Of a stretch of DNA of 44,071 bases, positions 9,471 to 17,888 are shown in pieces (the stretch's first letter is position 1; each line of letters opens with the position of its first letter). The stretch covers positions 1 to 44,071 of the forward strand of contig JBGFRI010000002.1 in assembly GCA_041695225.1 (NCBI GenBank). Direction: 5' to 3'. The DNA is from Deinococcota bacterium. GTDB taxonomy: Bacteria > Deinococcota > Deinococci > Deinococcales > Thermaceae. The notes beneath the pieces were generated by a model. That model was not told the origin of the DNA. It made no database searches and saw nothing but the letters and a program-made list of their open reading frames with translations. The translations under genes and the position numbers were made by a program.

Positions 9471-11828
9471 ATGCGTTGGCTAGGTTTCTTGGGACGGGTA
9501 CTGATGGTGTTGGTGAGCCTGGTGCTGGTGGCTGGGCTGGTGGGCTGGCTCTGGCTGCACGGGACCACGGTTCCGCAGCATGCTGGGCGGCTGGCGCTGG
9601 CGGGTCTGTCGGCGCCGGTTGAGATGCAGCGTACCCGCCTGGGTGTACTGCAGATCAGGGCCCAGACCGATAACGATGCCTTTTTTGCCCTGGGGGTGGC
9701 TCATGCCCAGGACCGGCTGTGGCAGATGGAATTTCAGCGCCGGGTGGGGGCGGGGCGTCTGAGCGAGGTGCTGGGCCGTGCCACGCTGGAACAGGACCGC
9801 TTTCTGCGCACCTGGGGATTTTACCGGGCTGCCGAGCAGGCTTACCAGAGTTTGGGGCCAGAGGCCAGAGCGGTTGTAGATGCTTATGTGGCCGGAATCA
9901 ATGCCTACCTGGCTACCAACCCGCCCTTGCCGCTGGAGTTCTTGTTGCTTGGTTTCAGACCCGAGCCCTGGAGGCCAGCCGACGTGCTGGTCTGGGCCAA
10001 GATGATGTCCTACGACCTCTCGAGCAACTGGGAGACCGAGCTGCAACGCCTGCGCTGGGCTGCTCAGGGAATGAGCCCAGAGCGCATGGCCCAGCTCAAA
10101 CCCCCCTACCCGGCCGACGCCCCCACCATTTTGCAGGCCCAGGATCTGAAGCAAATGAAGCAAATGCAGCAAATGAGGCCCACCAGCGCCGATGGGGAGT
10201 CGGCCAGGGCCCTGCTGGAGCTGGCGGCTCGGCTTCCCAGGGCGCTGCACCTGCCTGGCGAAGCCCTGGCCCGGGCTTCGAACAGCTGGGTGATTGGCGG
10301 CGCCCGCACCGTTAGCGGCAAGCCCCTGCTGGCCAATGACCCTCACCTGGGCCTTGGCACCCCCTCCATCTGGTACCTGGTGCAGATCCAGGCCCCCACC
10401 TATAACGCCATCGGGGCCAGTTTCCCGGGCCTTCCGGCGGTGGTGATCGGCCGCAACCAGCGCATTGGCTGGGGGGTCACCACGGTAGGGGCCGATGTGC
10501 AAGACCTATTCATTATGGAAGAGGTTCCCGGTGGATACCTTTACCGGGGGCAGGTACAGCCCTGGCGGACTCGTACCGAGACTATCCGGGTCAAGGGCGA
10601 GCCAGAGGTAACCCTGACGGTGCGCGAGAGCCGCTACGGGCCGGTTATCAACGACGTGGTGCGCGGCCCTGGTGCGCGGCCACTCTCGCTGCGCTGGACC
10701 AGCCTGGACCCCACCGACCGCACGGTGGAGGCATTCCTGGGCATCGCCCGGGCGCAGAACTGGGAGCAGTTTAAAGCGGCGCTGACCCTGTTTAAAGCAC
10801 CCAGCCAGAATTTTGTTTATGCCGATGTAGATGGCAATATCGGTTACATCGCCCCGGCCCGCTTTCCCATCCGCAGGCCCGGCCACACCGGCCTGATGCC
10901 GGTTCCCGGTGACGGCAACTGGAGCTGGCAGGGCTACCTGCCGCCAGACCAGTGGCCCCAGGTATTCAACCCGCCGGAAGGCTTTATCGTTACCGCCAAC
11001 AACAAGGTTACCCCGCCCAACTTCCCGCATACCATCTCACTGGAATGGGCGGAGCCCTTCCGGGCCCAGCGTATCCGCGAGCTGATCCTGGCAAAGGACA
11101 AGCTCTCAGTGCAAGACATGATTTCCATGCAGCAGGACATTACCAGCCTGCTGTTTCGCGAGTTCAGGCCGGTGCTGGAGGCCCTGAACCCTCTCTCGGA
11201 AAACGCCCGCGGCTGGAGGGCCCGTTTGCTGGCCTGGGACGGGGTGATGCGGGCCGAGCAGATAGAGACCACAGTTTTTCAGGCCTGGTACACCGAGGTG
11301 ACCCGCCTGCCCAGCCGGGAGGTGGGCGAGGAGTTCTGGGAGCAGCCCCGGTTTTTGCTAACCGCTATGCGGCAGGGCGACCCGGCCTGCCTGACCCCCG
11401 ATACCCAGACCTGCCTGGAATTTGCCGCGCTGGCCCTCGACCGGGCGCTGGACCGCTTTGGTGGCAGTCCCCCGCGCTGGGGCGATATCCACCAGGCCAG
11501 TTTTCCCCATGCCGTGCTGACCAATGTCTCGCCGCTCAACCGCCTGTCGGACCGTGCAGTTCCCCACGGCGGCGACCGCTATACCCTGAACCGGGCCTCT
11601 TACGACCCCAACACCTTCCGCATGACCGTGGGCAGCAGCTACCGGCACATTCTGGATTTTTCTAACCTGGAAAACTCCCTTTTCATTCACGCCATGGGCC
11701 AGTCGGGGGCCCTGCTCTCTGCTAACTACGACAGCCTCTTGCACAAATGGGCCAGAGGCGAGTATCTGCCCATGCGGATGGGCGAGACCAATTTCACTAC
11801 CCGCCAGACCCTCGAGCCCAAACGGTAA
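9471..11828 (+). CDS. Penicillin acylase / AHL-acylase family Ntn hydrolase with N-terminal membrane anchor
   Basis: HAQDRLWQME, beta-chain start SNSWVI, ANDPHL, GRNQRIGWG, QNFVYAD, TANN and GQSG motifs. AGGAG RBS precedes ATG 9471. Confidence 0.92.
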   Translation: MRWLGFLGRVLMVLVSLVLVAGLVGWLWLHGTTVPQHAGRLALAGLSAPVEMQRTRLGVLQIRAQTDNDAFFALGVAHAQDRLWQMEFQRRVGAGRLSEVLGRATLEQDRFLRTWGFYRAAEQAYQSLGPEARAVVDAYVAGINAYLATNPPLPLEFLLLGFRPEPWRPADVLVWAKMMSYDLSSNWETELQRLRWAAQGMSPERMAQLKPPYPADAPTILQAQDLKQMKQMQQMRPTSADGESARALLELAARLPRALHLPGEALARASNSWVIGGARTVSGKPLLANDPHLGLGTPSIWYLVQIQAPTYNAIGASFPGLPAVVIGRNQRIGWGVTTVGADVQDLFIMEEVPGGYLYRGQVQPWRTRTETIRVKGEPEVTLTVRESRYGPVINDVVRGPGARPLSLRWTSLDPTDRTVEAFLGIARAQNWEQFKAALTLFKAPSQNFVYADVDGNIGYIAPARFPIRRPGHTGLMPVPGDGNWSWQGYLPPDQWPQVFNPPEGFIVTANNKVTPPNFPHTISLEWAEPFRAQRIRELILAKDKLSVQDMISMQQDITSLLFREFRPVLEALNPLSENARGWRARLLAWDGVMRAEQIETTVFQAWYTEVTRLPSREVGEEFWEQPRFLLTAMRQGDPACLTPDTQTCLEFAALALDRALDRFGGSPPRWGDIHQASFPHAVLTNVSPLNRLSDRAVPHGGDRYTLNRASYDPNTFRMTVGSSYRHILDFSNLENSLFIHAMGQSGALLSANYDSLLHKWARGEYLPMRMGETNFTTRQTLEPKR
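10147..10175 (+). repeat. 9-bp in-frame tandem repeat (TGAAGCAAA x2, TGCAGCAAA)
   Basis: Encodes KQMKQMQQM in the presumed spacer region upstream of the beta-chain Ser. Confidence 0.75.
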
Positions 11829-11844
11829 GGGAGTCCTGGGGCCC

Positions 11845-12010
11845 GTGTGACCATGATCTCACCACGGCTATCGCGAACGAAGTTGGCGTGCAGATAGGGC
11901 TTTTGGCGGCCTCGAGGCGGATGACGAACCCCGATGGATTCAGGCGCCGGGTTGGGAAAGGGGGAGGCTCTGGATGAATGCAGCTTGGTCGGACTTTCGA
12001 TCTCGTTCAT
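11845..12010 (-). pseudogene. Degenerate integron integrase (IntI) remnant
   Basis: ESIGVRHPPRGRQKPYLH resembles the IntI N-terminal EAIRVRHYSRRTEKAYLH-type motif. The adjacent DSRGEIMV resembles the D-F-x-x-x-E-I-x-V motif after box I. It points away from an attI-like site, as in canonical integrons. Confidence 0.5.
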
Positions 12011-12035
12011 CGCGCCATAACATCCCTATGCGGTT

Positions 12036-12073
12036 GTGTTATACCGTAGGTGCGGTATAACTACTAGTTAGGT
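12036..12073 (+). mobile_element. Putative integron attI site
   Basis: GTATAAC-TACTA-GTTAGGT is an inverted L/R box pair with a 5-bp spacer and a GTTRRRY core at 12067-12073. It is overlapped by the inverted repeat GTTATACCG...CGGTATAAC and lies immediately before cassette 1. Confidence 0.6.
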
Positions 12074-12096
12074 GGCCGGGGTTCATTGAGGTTCAC

Positions 12097-12681
12097 ATGT
12101 CGATCACTCAAGAACAGAAGACCCAAGTCATCGCCCTGCTCCGAGAGGGAGTCTTGCGCAACGAGGAGATCGCCGCAAAAGTTGGAGGCGTATCACCGGG
12201 GACCGTCAGCGCAATACGCGCGCATCTCACCATGGGAAGCTATGATCGGCATCCAACAACCGTGGATTCAGAAGCCCTGGATCAGGTGATCGAAGCAGAG
12301 GAAATGACCTTTGGTCTCGAAAGGGACCTCCAGGCTGCACTCCGTTCCAATATCCAACAACTCGAATCCGGCTTGGTGATCCTCGATGATGGCAAGGAAC
12401 GCATCACGGAAGCTGGCCGGATCGACATCACAGCACGAGACCGCAGCGGCGGTATTGTGGTCATCGAGTTGAAAGCTGGTGCGGCGGCGCCAGAGGCGCT
12501 AACGCAGCTACTCGCGTATATGGGTGTCCTCAAGAAAGAGGATAACGCTGCCGTCCGCGGGTTCCTAATCGCTGGAGACTTTCACCCACGTGTTGTCTAT
12601 GCAGCCCAGGCCATCCCCAACGTGTCCTTGCGGAAGTACCGGTTCAATTTTACATTTGAAAAATTATGGCCCGCCACCTAA
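12097..12681 (+). CDS. NucS/DUF91-like PD-(D/E)xK endonuclease with N-terminal HTH (integron cassette 1)
   Basis: ERDLQ...GRIDITARD...VVIELK...QLLAYM nuclease signature; N-terminal EIAAKVGGVSPGTVSAIR HTH; stop codon lies within attC R''. Confidence 0.8.
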   Translation: MSITQEQKTQVIALLREGVLRNEEIAAKVGGVSPGTVSAIRAHLTMGSYDRHPTTVDSEALDQVIEAEEMTFGLERDLQAALRSNIQQLESGLVILDDGKERITEAGRIDITARDRSGGIVVIELKAGAAAPEALTQLLAYMGVLKKEDNAAVRGFLIAGDFHPRVVYAAQAIPNVSLRKYRFNFTFEKLWPAT

Positions 12682-12752
12682 CAACTCGCTGCACCGGATG
12701 CCAGGATGAGCTCTGCGTGCCGTGGCGTCCGGTGAGATCGAGGCCGTTAGAG
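12676..12752 (+). mobile_element. attC recombination site (77 bp)
   Basis: R'' ACCTAAC and R' GTTAGAG. Arms CTGCACCGGATGCCA and TGGCGTCCGGTGAG pair with one extra base in the L'' arm. GCCACCTAAC (12673-12682) is the exact reverse complement of the cassette start GTTAGGTGGC (12067-12076). Confidence 0.88.
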
Positions 12753-12771
12753 GGCAGGGTGTCATCCGCGC

Positions 12772-13233
12772 ATGGGTCAGGTTGAGAAGGTGATAGAGCT
12801 CGCGCAACAACTGGCCGAAGAAACGCCTGGTTTTTTCGAGGTGAAGGGTGCCGGGGTCGGGGACAGGGCCACCAATGCATTCATGATGGAGCTTCGGAAG
12901 CGTGCGGCGGCCACGCTCGGAGAGGACTTCTCAGAGAGACGTATCTGTGGGGAGAACAATCTTGCCGTCGATTTCTTCTTCCCGGAGGAGGCCGTGGTTC
13001 TGGAGGTGGCTTTCAGTCTAAGGAATCCAGCCTCCGAGTTTGAGCGTGATCTGCTTAAAGCGCTAATGGCTAAAGAGTCTGGGCATGAGGTTCGACGACT
13101 CGTGTTCTTGAGCAAGCCCGGGGCACTGAAGCGCCATAAGCAACCCAGCACTGAAGCGATCGTCGCCTGGGCGCGCAGGAAGCATGGGCTTGACGTGGAG
13201 TTTCATGAGTTGCGTGCAGGATCGGACCTGTAA
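12772..13233 (+). CDS. Hypothetical protein, possible PD-(D/E)xK nuclease fold (integron cassette 2)
   Basis: SE...AVDFFFPEEAVVLEV pattern; bounded by attC sites; stop codon lies within R'' CTGTAAC. Confidence 0.65.
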   Translation: MGQVEKVIELAQQLAEETPGFFEVKGAGVGDRATNAFMMELRKRAAATLGEDFSERRICGENNLAVDFFFPEEAVVLEVAFSLRNPASEFERDLLKALMAKESGHEVRRLVFLSKPGALKRHKQPSTEAIVAWARRKHGLDVEFHELRAGSDL

Positions 13234-13258
13234 CGGTGCGGTGCAGCGTACGTTAGAA
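13228..13258 (+). mobile_element. Internally deleted attC remnant
   Basis: CTGTAAC-GGTGC-GGTGCAGCG-TAC-GTTAGAA retains R'', an L''-like box and R', but L' and the loop are missing. CCTGTAAC is complementary to the cassette start GTTAGAGG with one mismatch. Confidence 0.65.
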
Positions 13259-13372
13259 CGAACCCGGCGGTACAAGATCGAGCTGCGCCCGATCTCGGTC
13301 CATGAGTTACCATAGGGTTGGAGACGCATCACCGGGATGCTTTAGGGGCCCGGTCTGTAGGGGTAACGGCAG

Positions 13373-13636
13373 AATCGCATCATCTGGCGAGCGGTGGAGC
13401 GGGAGTTCACGATCTTCGGAGAGGCCGTTCTGGCGCTCTCGCACCATGATCCCGAAGTCTTCAATTCGATTACGTATGCTGGGCGCATCGTGGGCTTCCG
13501 TAACCAGTTGACTCATGAGTATCCGTCGGCCAATGATAAGTCGGTGTGAGGAATCGCCGTTCGCGATGTCCCGATACTAAGTCGCGAATGCTGGCTCTTG
13601 CTCGATAAACTGGAGGCAGACAGGGGACCGCTCTGA
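13373..13636 (+). pseudogene. HEPN (DUF86/HepT-like) RNase toxin pseudogene
   Basis: Frame +2 reads RAVEREFTIFGEA...IVGFRNQLTHEY (R-x4-H)...KSV*GIAVRDVP. In-frame TGA at 13547-13549 sits at the usual Trp position; no N-terminus is recognisable. Not in the ORF track. Confidence 0.85.
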
Positions 13637-13670
13637 CCACCGGCCGTAATGCGTCACAGGAGATAGTGTC

Positions 13671-14360
13671 ATGAAACTTCCAATGTACAAGCGTCTTCTC
13701 GCTGAGGCATTTGGCACATTCTGGCTTGTTTTTGCCGGAACGGGTGCCATCATCGTGGGTGACATCAGCGGTGTAATTCCGCATTTTGGCGTGGCCATGG
13801 TATTTGGCTTGGTGGTCTTTGTTATGATCGCTACGCTTGGAGATATATCCGGGGCGCATATTAACCCCGCAGTCACAATCGGCTTTTACCTGGCCAAGCG
13901 TCTGCCCGGTAGGGCTGTAATGCCATACATCGCTAGCCAGATTGTCGGTGCGCTCCTTGCCAGTCTCATCCTTAATGTTCTGTTCCCTATGCATGGGTCA
14001 TTGGGAGCAACCAATCCGGCAGGGACATTTGCGCAGTCTTGGGTGTTGGAGGTCATCCTCACCATGGGGCTTATGTTTGTAATTCTCAGCGTTTCTACAG
14101 GCGCCAGCGAAAAAGGCATAACCGCGGGGTTGGCCATTGGCAGCGTGGTAGGCCTCGCGGCGCTCTTCGCCGGTCCAATCAGCGGCGCTTCTATGAATCC
14201 GGCTCGCTCTTTGGCGCCAGCAGTGGTTTCGGGGCATGTTGAAAATCTCCTGCTCTATCTAACCGCCCCGTTTGTTGGGGCAGCTCTGGCCGTTCTCGCG
14301 TGTGTCTGCACCCGAGAGAAGGGCTGCTGTTCGCGCAACTCAGAGGAGGGTTGCTCGTGA
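13671..14360 (+). CDS. MIP-family aquaporin/aquaglyceroporin, possible arsenite channel
   Basis: [17 protein letters not shown] and [10 protein letters not shown] (two NPA motifs); C-terminal CVC...GCC; overlaps an arsC-like remnant. Confidence 0.92.
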   Translation: MKLPMYKRLLAEAFGTFWLVFAGTGAIIVGDISGVIPHFGVAMVFGLVVFVMIATLGDISGAHINPAVTIGFYLAKRLPGRAVMPYIASQIVGALLASLILNVLFPMHGSLGATNPAGTFAQSWVLEVILTMGLMFVILSVSTGASEKGITAGLAIGSVVGLAALFAGPISGASMNPARSLAPAVVSGHVENLLLYLTAPFVGAALAVLACVCTREKGCCSRNSEEGCS

Positions 14361-14725
14361 ACGGGGCAGTCAAGCTGTCCTGTTTGTGCGCGCGGAAAAC
14401 TCCGATCGGAGCCAGATGGCCGAGACGTTTGCACGCCTGTTGGGAGGCCCCAAAGTAGAAGTATACAGCGCAGGCTCTAACCTATCTGGCGCTATCAACC
14501 CTAAACTATCGGGGCCACGCGTGAGCTTGGCTATGACCTTTTAGCGCACGGGTCCAAGCCCCATGACGGTTTACCACAGGTCCAGTTTGACTTCGTGGCA
14601 ACCATGGGTTGCGGGGGCACTTGTCCCTTCATCCTGGCGGGAAGCGCACCGATTGAGCATTGGCTGATCCCAAGGACATGAGCCCAGAAGAGTATGGCGG
14701 GGTTCGTGATGAAATCCGGGACCAG
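14357..14725 (+). pseudogene. arsC: Thioredoxin-type arsenate reductase (ArsC/LMW-PTP) pseudogene
   Basis: Fragments in different frames: [16 protein letters not shown] (P-loop Cys lost), YSAGS..INP, MGCGGTCPF and DPKDM...VRDEIR. Confidence 0.85.
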
Positions 14726-15268
14726 ACCCACCTACAAAACCAGTTAGCCGAGGTTCGGTGCAACCTGGGCTTGGGTCAGCCGATGCAGGTCTTGTTGCAG
14801 AAAGCCTATGTCAAAGACTTGGCTTACCAGGAGACCCAGCGCGCGCTGGCTGCCGCGCTCGACCCCATCGAGGCATTGCACTACGAGTAAAAGCCCAGGG
14901 ATTTCGTATCCATGGACTCTCGGCGGCTTCCTCGGATCTGTTTACCTAGCTATCACAGGCCGAAAACCTGCCTGAAGAAGCCCACAGTGGCCCGAACGGA
15001 CTCCTGGGCTACCCGCGGATTCGGTGTGAAAACCACCTCGCCACCCCGTCCTCTATGGGCAAAGGGGTCGTTCACCCTAATCTCGGGCTCGAGGCGATCC
15101 CAAGCATGGGTGGCTCCGGGATAGACCCTTGCTCGGGCTGTGGCCTCCTGGGCCTTACATCTACTCTGTGCATAGCGTTTCCGAACCTAAAAACGCTTGC
15201 TTGTGTACACCCGGGGGTTGCGATTCCGGCCGAGGGCGTGAGTGCGGAGATACTGTTAGACTCACAGG

Positions 15269-16423
15269 GTGAGGATTCGCGTTTCCCCCAGAGGTGCGAC
15301 TCGGCTGCTAGCACGCCACCCCTGGGTCTACAGAAGCGACGTTCTGGAGGGGCCAGAGACCCCCGGCCTGTACCCTGTTCAGGCTGCCAGGGGCGTTCTG
15401 GGTTTGGCGCTGTACAACCCGGCCTCCGAGATCACCGTAAGGGTCTTCAGCTTCGGCGACACTGGTCGCCCCCAGGAGGTCTTATTCGAGAACCTGCGCA
15501 GGGCCTTGCAGCAACGCAAAGCTGCCATCGCTCAGGAGCCAGCAGGGGCCTACCGCCTGGTACACGCCGAGGGAGACTTGCTGCCTGCTCTGGTACTCGA
15601 CTACTACGCTGGACACGGGGTCTTGCAGGTGGGATCTGCCGCCCTCGAGCCTCTCACCATGGCCCTGGTGGACCTTATTCAGTCCGAGATTCCATTGCAA
15701 AGCCTGTTGGCCAAAAACGACCAGAAAGCCCGCAGCCTGGAAGGGCTGGACCTGCAGGTCACACCCTTGTTGGGCCAGGTGCCGGACTGGGCAATGGTTC
15801 ACGAAGGTGCCGTTCAGTACCGTGTAGACCTGAAGGAAGGGCAGAAAACCGGGGCCTATATTGACCAGCGCGACAACCGCCTGCGCATGCAGGCCTTCAA
15901 AGGCAAAACTGCCCTGGATGTGTTCAGTTACCACGGCGCGTTTGCCCTGCACCTGGCCCAGAGTTTTGAGCAGGTCACGGCAGTGGATAGCTCGGCAGCC
16001 GCCCTGCGCCGCGCGCTCGAAAACGCCCAGACCAACGGACTAACCAACATCACCATCAAGGAAGCAAACGCCTTTGAGTTTCTGCGCGAGGCAGAAAAAC
16101 GCGGCAGCCAGTACGACCTGATCGTGCTTGACCCACCCGCTTTTGCCAAGGGGAAGCGCGATCTCGAACGAGCCTATGCTGCCTACAAAGAGATCAACCT
16201 GCGGGCCTTAAAGCTGCTGCCCGGAGGAGGCATTCTGGCAACTGCTTCTTGCAGCCATCACCTGAGCGAACCCCTCTTCTACCAGATGCTGGCCGAGGCC
16301 GCCGCCGACGCCCACCGCACGGTGCGGATAATAGAGAAGCGCGGCCAGGGCTGGGATCATCCGGTGCTGCTCAATGTGCCCGAAACCGAGTATCTGAAGT
16401 TTGCCATTCTGGAAGCCAGGTAA
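15269..16423 (+). CDS. RlmI-family 23S rRNA m5C methyltransferase
   Basis: PUA-like [39 protein letters not shown] and SCS motifs. Confidence 0.92.
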   Translation: MRIRVSPRGATRLLARHPWVYRSDVLEGPETPGLYPVQAARGVLGLALYNPASEITVRVFSFGDTGRPQEVLFENLRRALQQRKAAIAQEPAGAYRLVHAEGDLLPALVLDYYAGHGVLQVGSAALEPLTMALVDLIQSEIPLQSLLAKNDQKARSLEGLDLQVTPLLGQVPDWAMVHEGAVQYRVDLKEGQKTGAYIDQRDNRLRMQAFKGKTALDVFSYHGAFALHLAQSFEQVTAVDSSAAALRRALENAQTNGLTNITIKEANAFEFLREAEKRGSQYDLIVLDPPAFAKGKRDLERAYAAYKEINLRALKLLPGGGILATASCSHHLSEPLFYQMLAEAAADAHRTVRIIEKRGQGWDHPVLLNVPETEYLKFAILEAR

Positions 16424-16449
16424 GAGGCCGCAACGTGTTGCGGCCTCTT
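16422..16449. terminator. Hairpin between convergent genes, probable bidirectional terminator
   Basis: Perfect inverted repeat AAGAGGCCGCAAC-GT-GTTGCGGCCTCTT. Confidence 0.75.
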
Positions 16450-16461
16450 CGGGAGGTTGGT

Positions 16462-17691
16462 CTATCGAACACGCCTCAGACTCAGACGCACCTGCGCTGC
16501 TTGTCCCCGCTCCACCCACACCTCCCGCACCTCGACCCGCAAGCCGGGGGCCAGAGCTACCACCTGCACGGTTCCGGTCTCCAGATCGTCAATCCGCAGG
16601 CTGCCACCCCTGGTCTGGCCCATCTCGCGACCATCTATGAAAATGCGAGCATCTACGTTGGTAAAGACCTCGAGCGAACCCCGCAAGGCTTGCAGGCTGG
16701 CACTAACCGGCACGGTCTGTCCGCTGCCCACCGCTACCGAGGTGCGGAAAACCTGGTGGCCGCCCAGGCGTAGCTCGATATCGTAGCGGCCGGGCTGCAC
16801 GGTCAGGTTGAGGGGGGTATTGCCTACCACCCGACCATTCAGCAGTACCTGGGCACCCTGGGGGTGGGAGCTGACCTGCAGCAGTCCATTCTGTACTACC
16901 GGGGTCAGGCTGGCACTGACCACCGCGGTCTCACCGGGGCGAACCTGCACCGAGGTGCGGAAGGGCTGGTGGCCGCCCAGGCGTAGCTCAATATCCAGAC
17001 GCCCCGGTCGCACAACGATGCTAAGGGGGGTGTGGCCCACTACCCGACCTTCTACCAACACCTGTGCGCCGCCAGGTGTGGAATTAACGCTGAGCGTACC
17101 GGTACCCGGCTGAGGTTGTGGCACCGGCGTCACCGCAGGACGGCCCACCGCAAAGAAAGCTGTGTTGGAGACCCAGTCCTGCTGCGGAAGTGGGCTTACC
17201 ACAATTGAGAGTGCCCTGGCCAGGCTATCGGCCCCCTGTACCACGACCTGTCCGGTCTGGATGTTGGCAATCTGTGCGAGTGAGAGCGGCTGGCGACTGG
17301 CCACGGCCAGAACCCGGTTCTGTCCCTCGGGGCCGCGCACATCCAGCGTGTAGCGTGCACCGGTGGCCGGTGGGAAGGTGCGGGTCTCGCCACCGCGTAA
17401 AAAGTTGTTCTGATCGAAGGGGTTAGGCAGTATCAGGCTAATTTCGCCAGCGGAATTGACGCTAAAGATGTACACATGGGCATCCTGGTTGACCTGTACC
17501 GAGACCTGGATGCGCTCCCCGATCTGATATACCGGGTTGCCGGTTTTGCCGGGGTCGCGGTCTACCCAGGTGCGCACCTGCAGGTCGGTAGGAACCGGGT
17601 TGACGATGATTCGCTGGGGGCTGATTTCTGGTGCAGCCAGCGCAAAGCCTGTTAGCAGAAGTCCGGTTATGGTTGCAAGGGTTGGTTTCAT
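16462..17691 (-). CDS. Secreted DUF4384 + PEGA-repeat protein (S-layer-associated type)
   Basis: Signal peptide MKPTLATITGLLLTGFALA, YQIGE...LILPN domain, and repeated SxPxGAQV.....VVGxTPL PEGA units. GAGGAGG RBS precedes 17691. Confidence 0.85.
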   Translation of the reverse strand: MKPTLATITGLLLTGFALAAPEISPQRIIVNPVPTDLQVRTWVDRDPGKTGNPVYQIGERIQVSVQVNQDAHVYIFSVNSAGEISLILPNPFDQNNFLRGGETRTFPPATGARYTLDVRGPEGQNRVLAVASRQPLSLAQIANIQTGQVVVQGADSLARALSIVVSPLPQQDWVSNTAFFAVGRPAVTPVPQPQPGTGTLSVNSTPGGAQVLVEGRVVGHTPLSIVVRPGRLDIELRLGGHQPFRTSVQVRPGETAVVSASLTPVVQNGLLQVSSHPQGAQVLLNGRVVGNTPLNLTVQPGRYDIELRLGGHQVFRTSVAVGSGQTVPVSASLQALRGSLEVFTNVDARIFIDGREMGQTRGGSLRIDDLETGTVQVVALAPGLRVEVREVWVERGQAAQVRLSLRRVR

Positions 17692-17888
17692 AAACTGCCT
17701 CCTCGCCCTCAGGGTAAAATACGCCGTCTGGTAGGCGTGAGAAGCCATTCAGCCAAAGTTAGCCTCGGCGTTGAGCACACCTTTAACTTGCGTGCGAGTG
17801 AATTCGGGAAATATAGCCAAAATCTGTAGCTACGCCTATCGACAGGCTGTCAACCTGAACACTGGCTCGCATTCGTTACCAGCTGAAC

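Noticed and set aside
16730..17060. Internal DNA repeat (TGGTGGCCGCCCAGGCGTAGCTC twice)
   Set aside because: Explained by duplicated PEGA domains within the protein.
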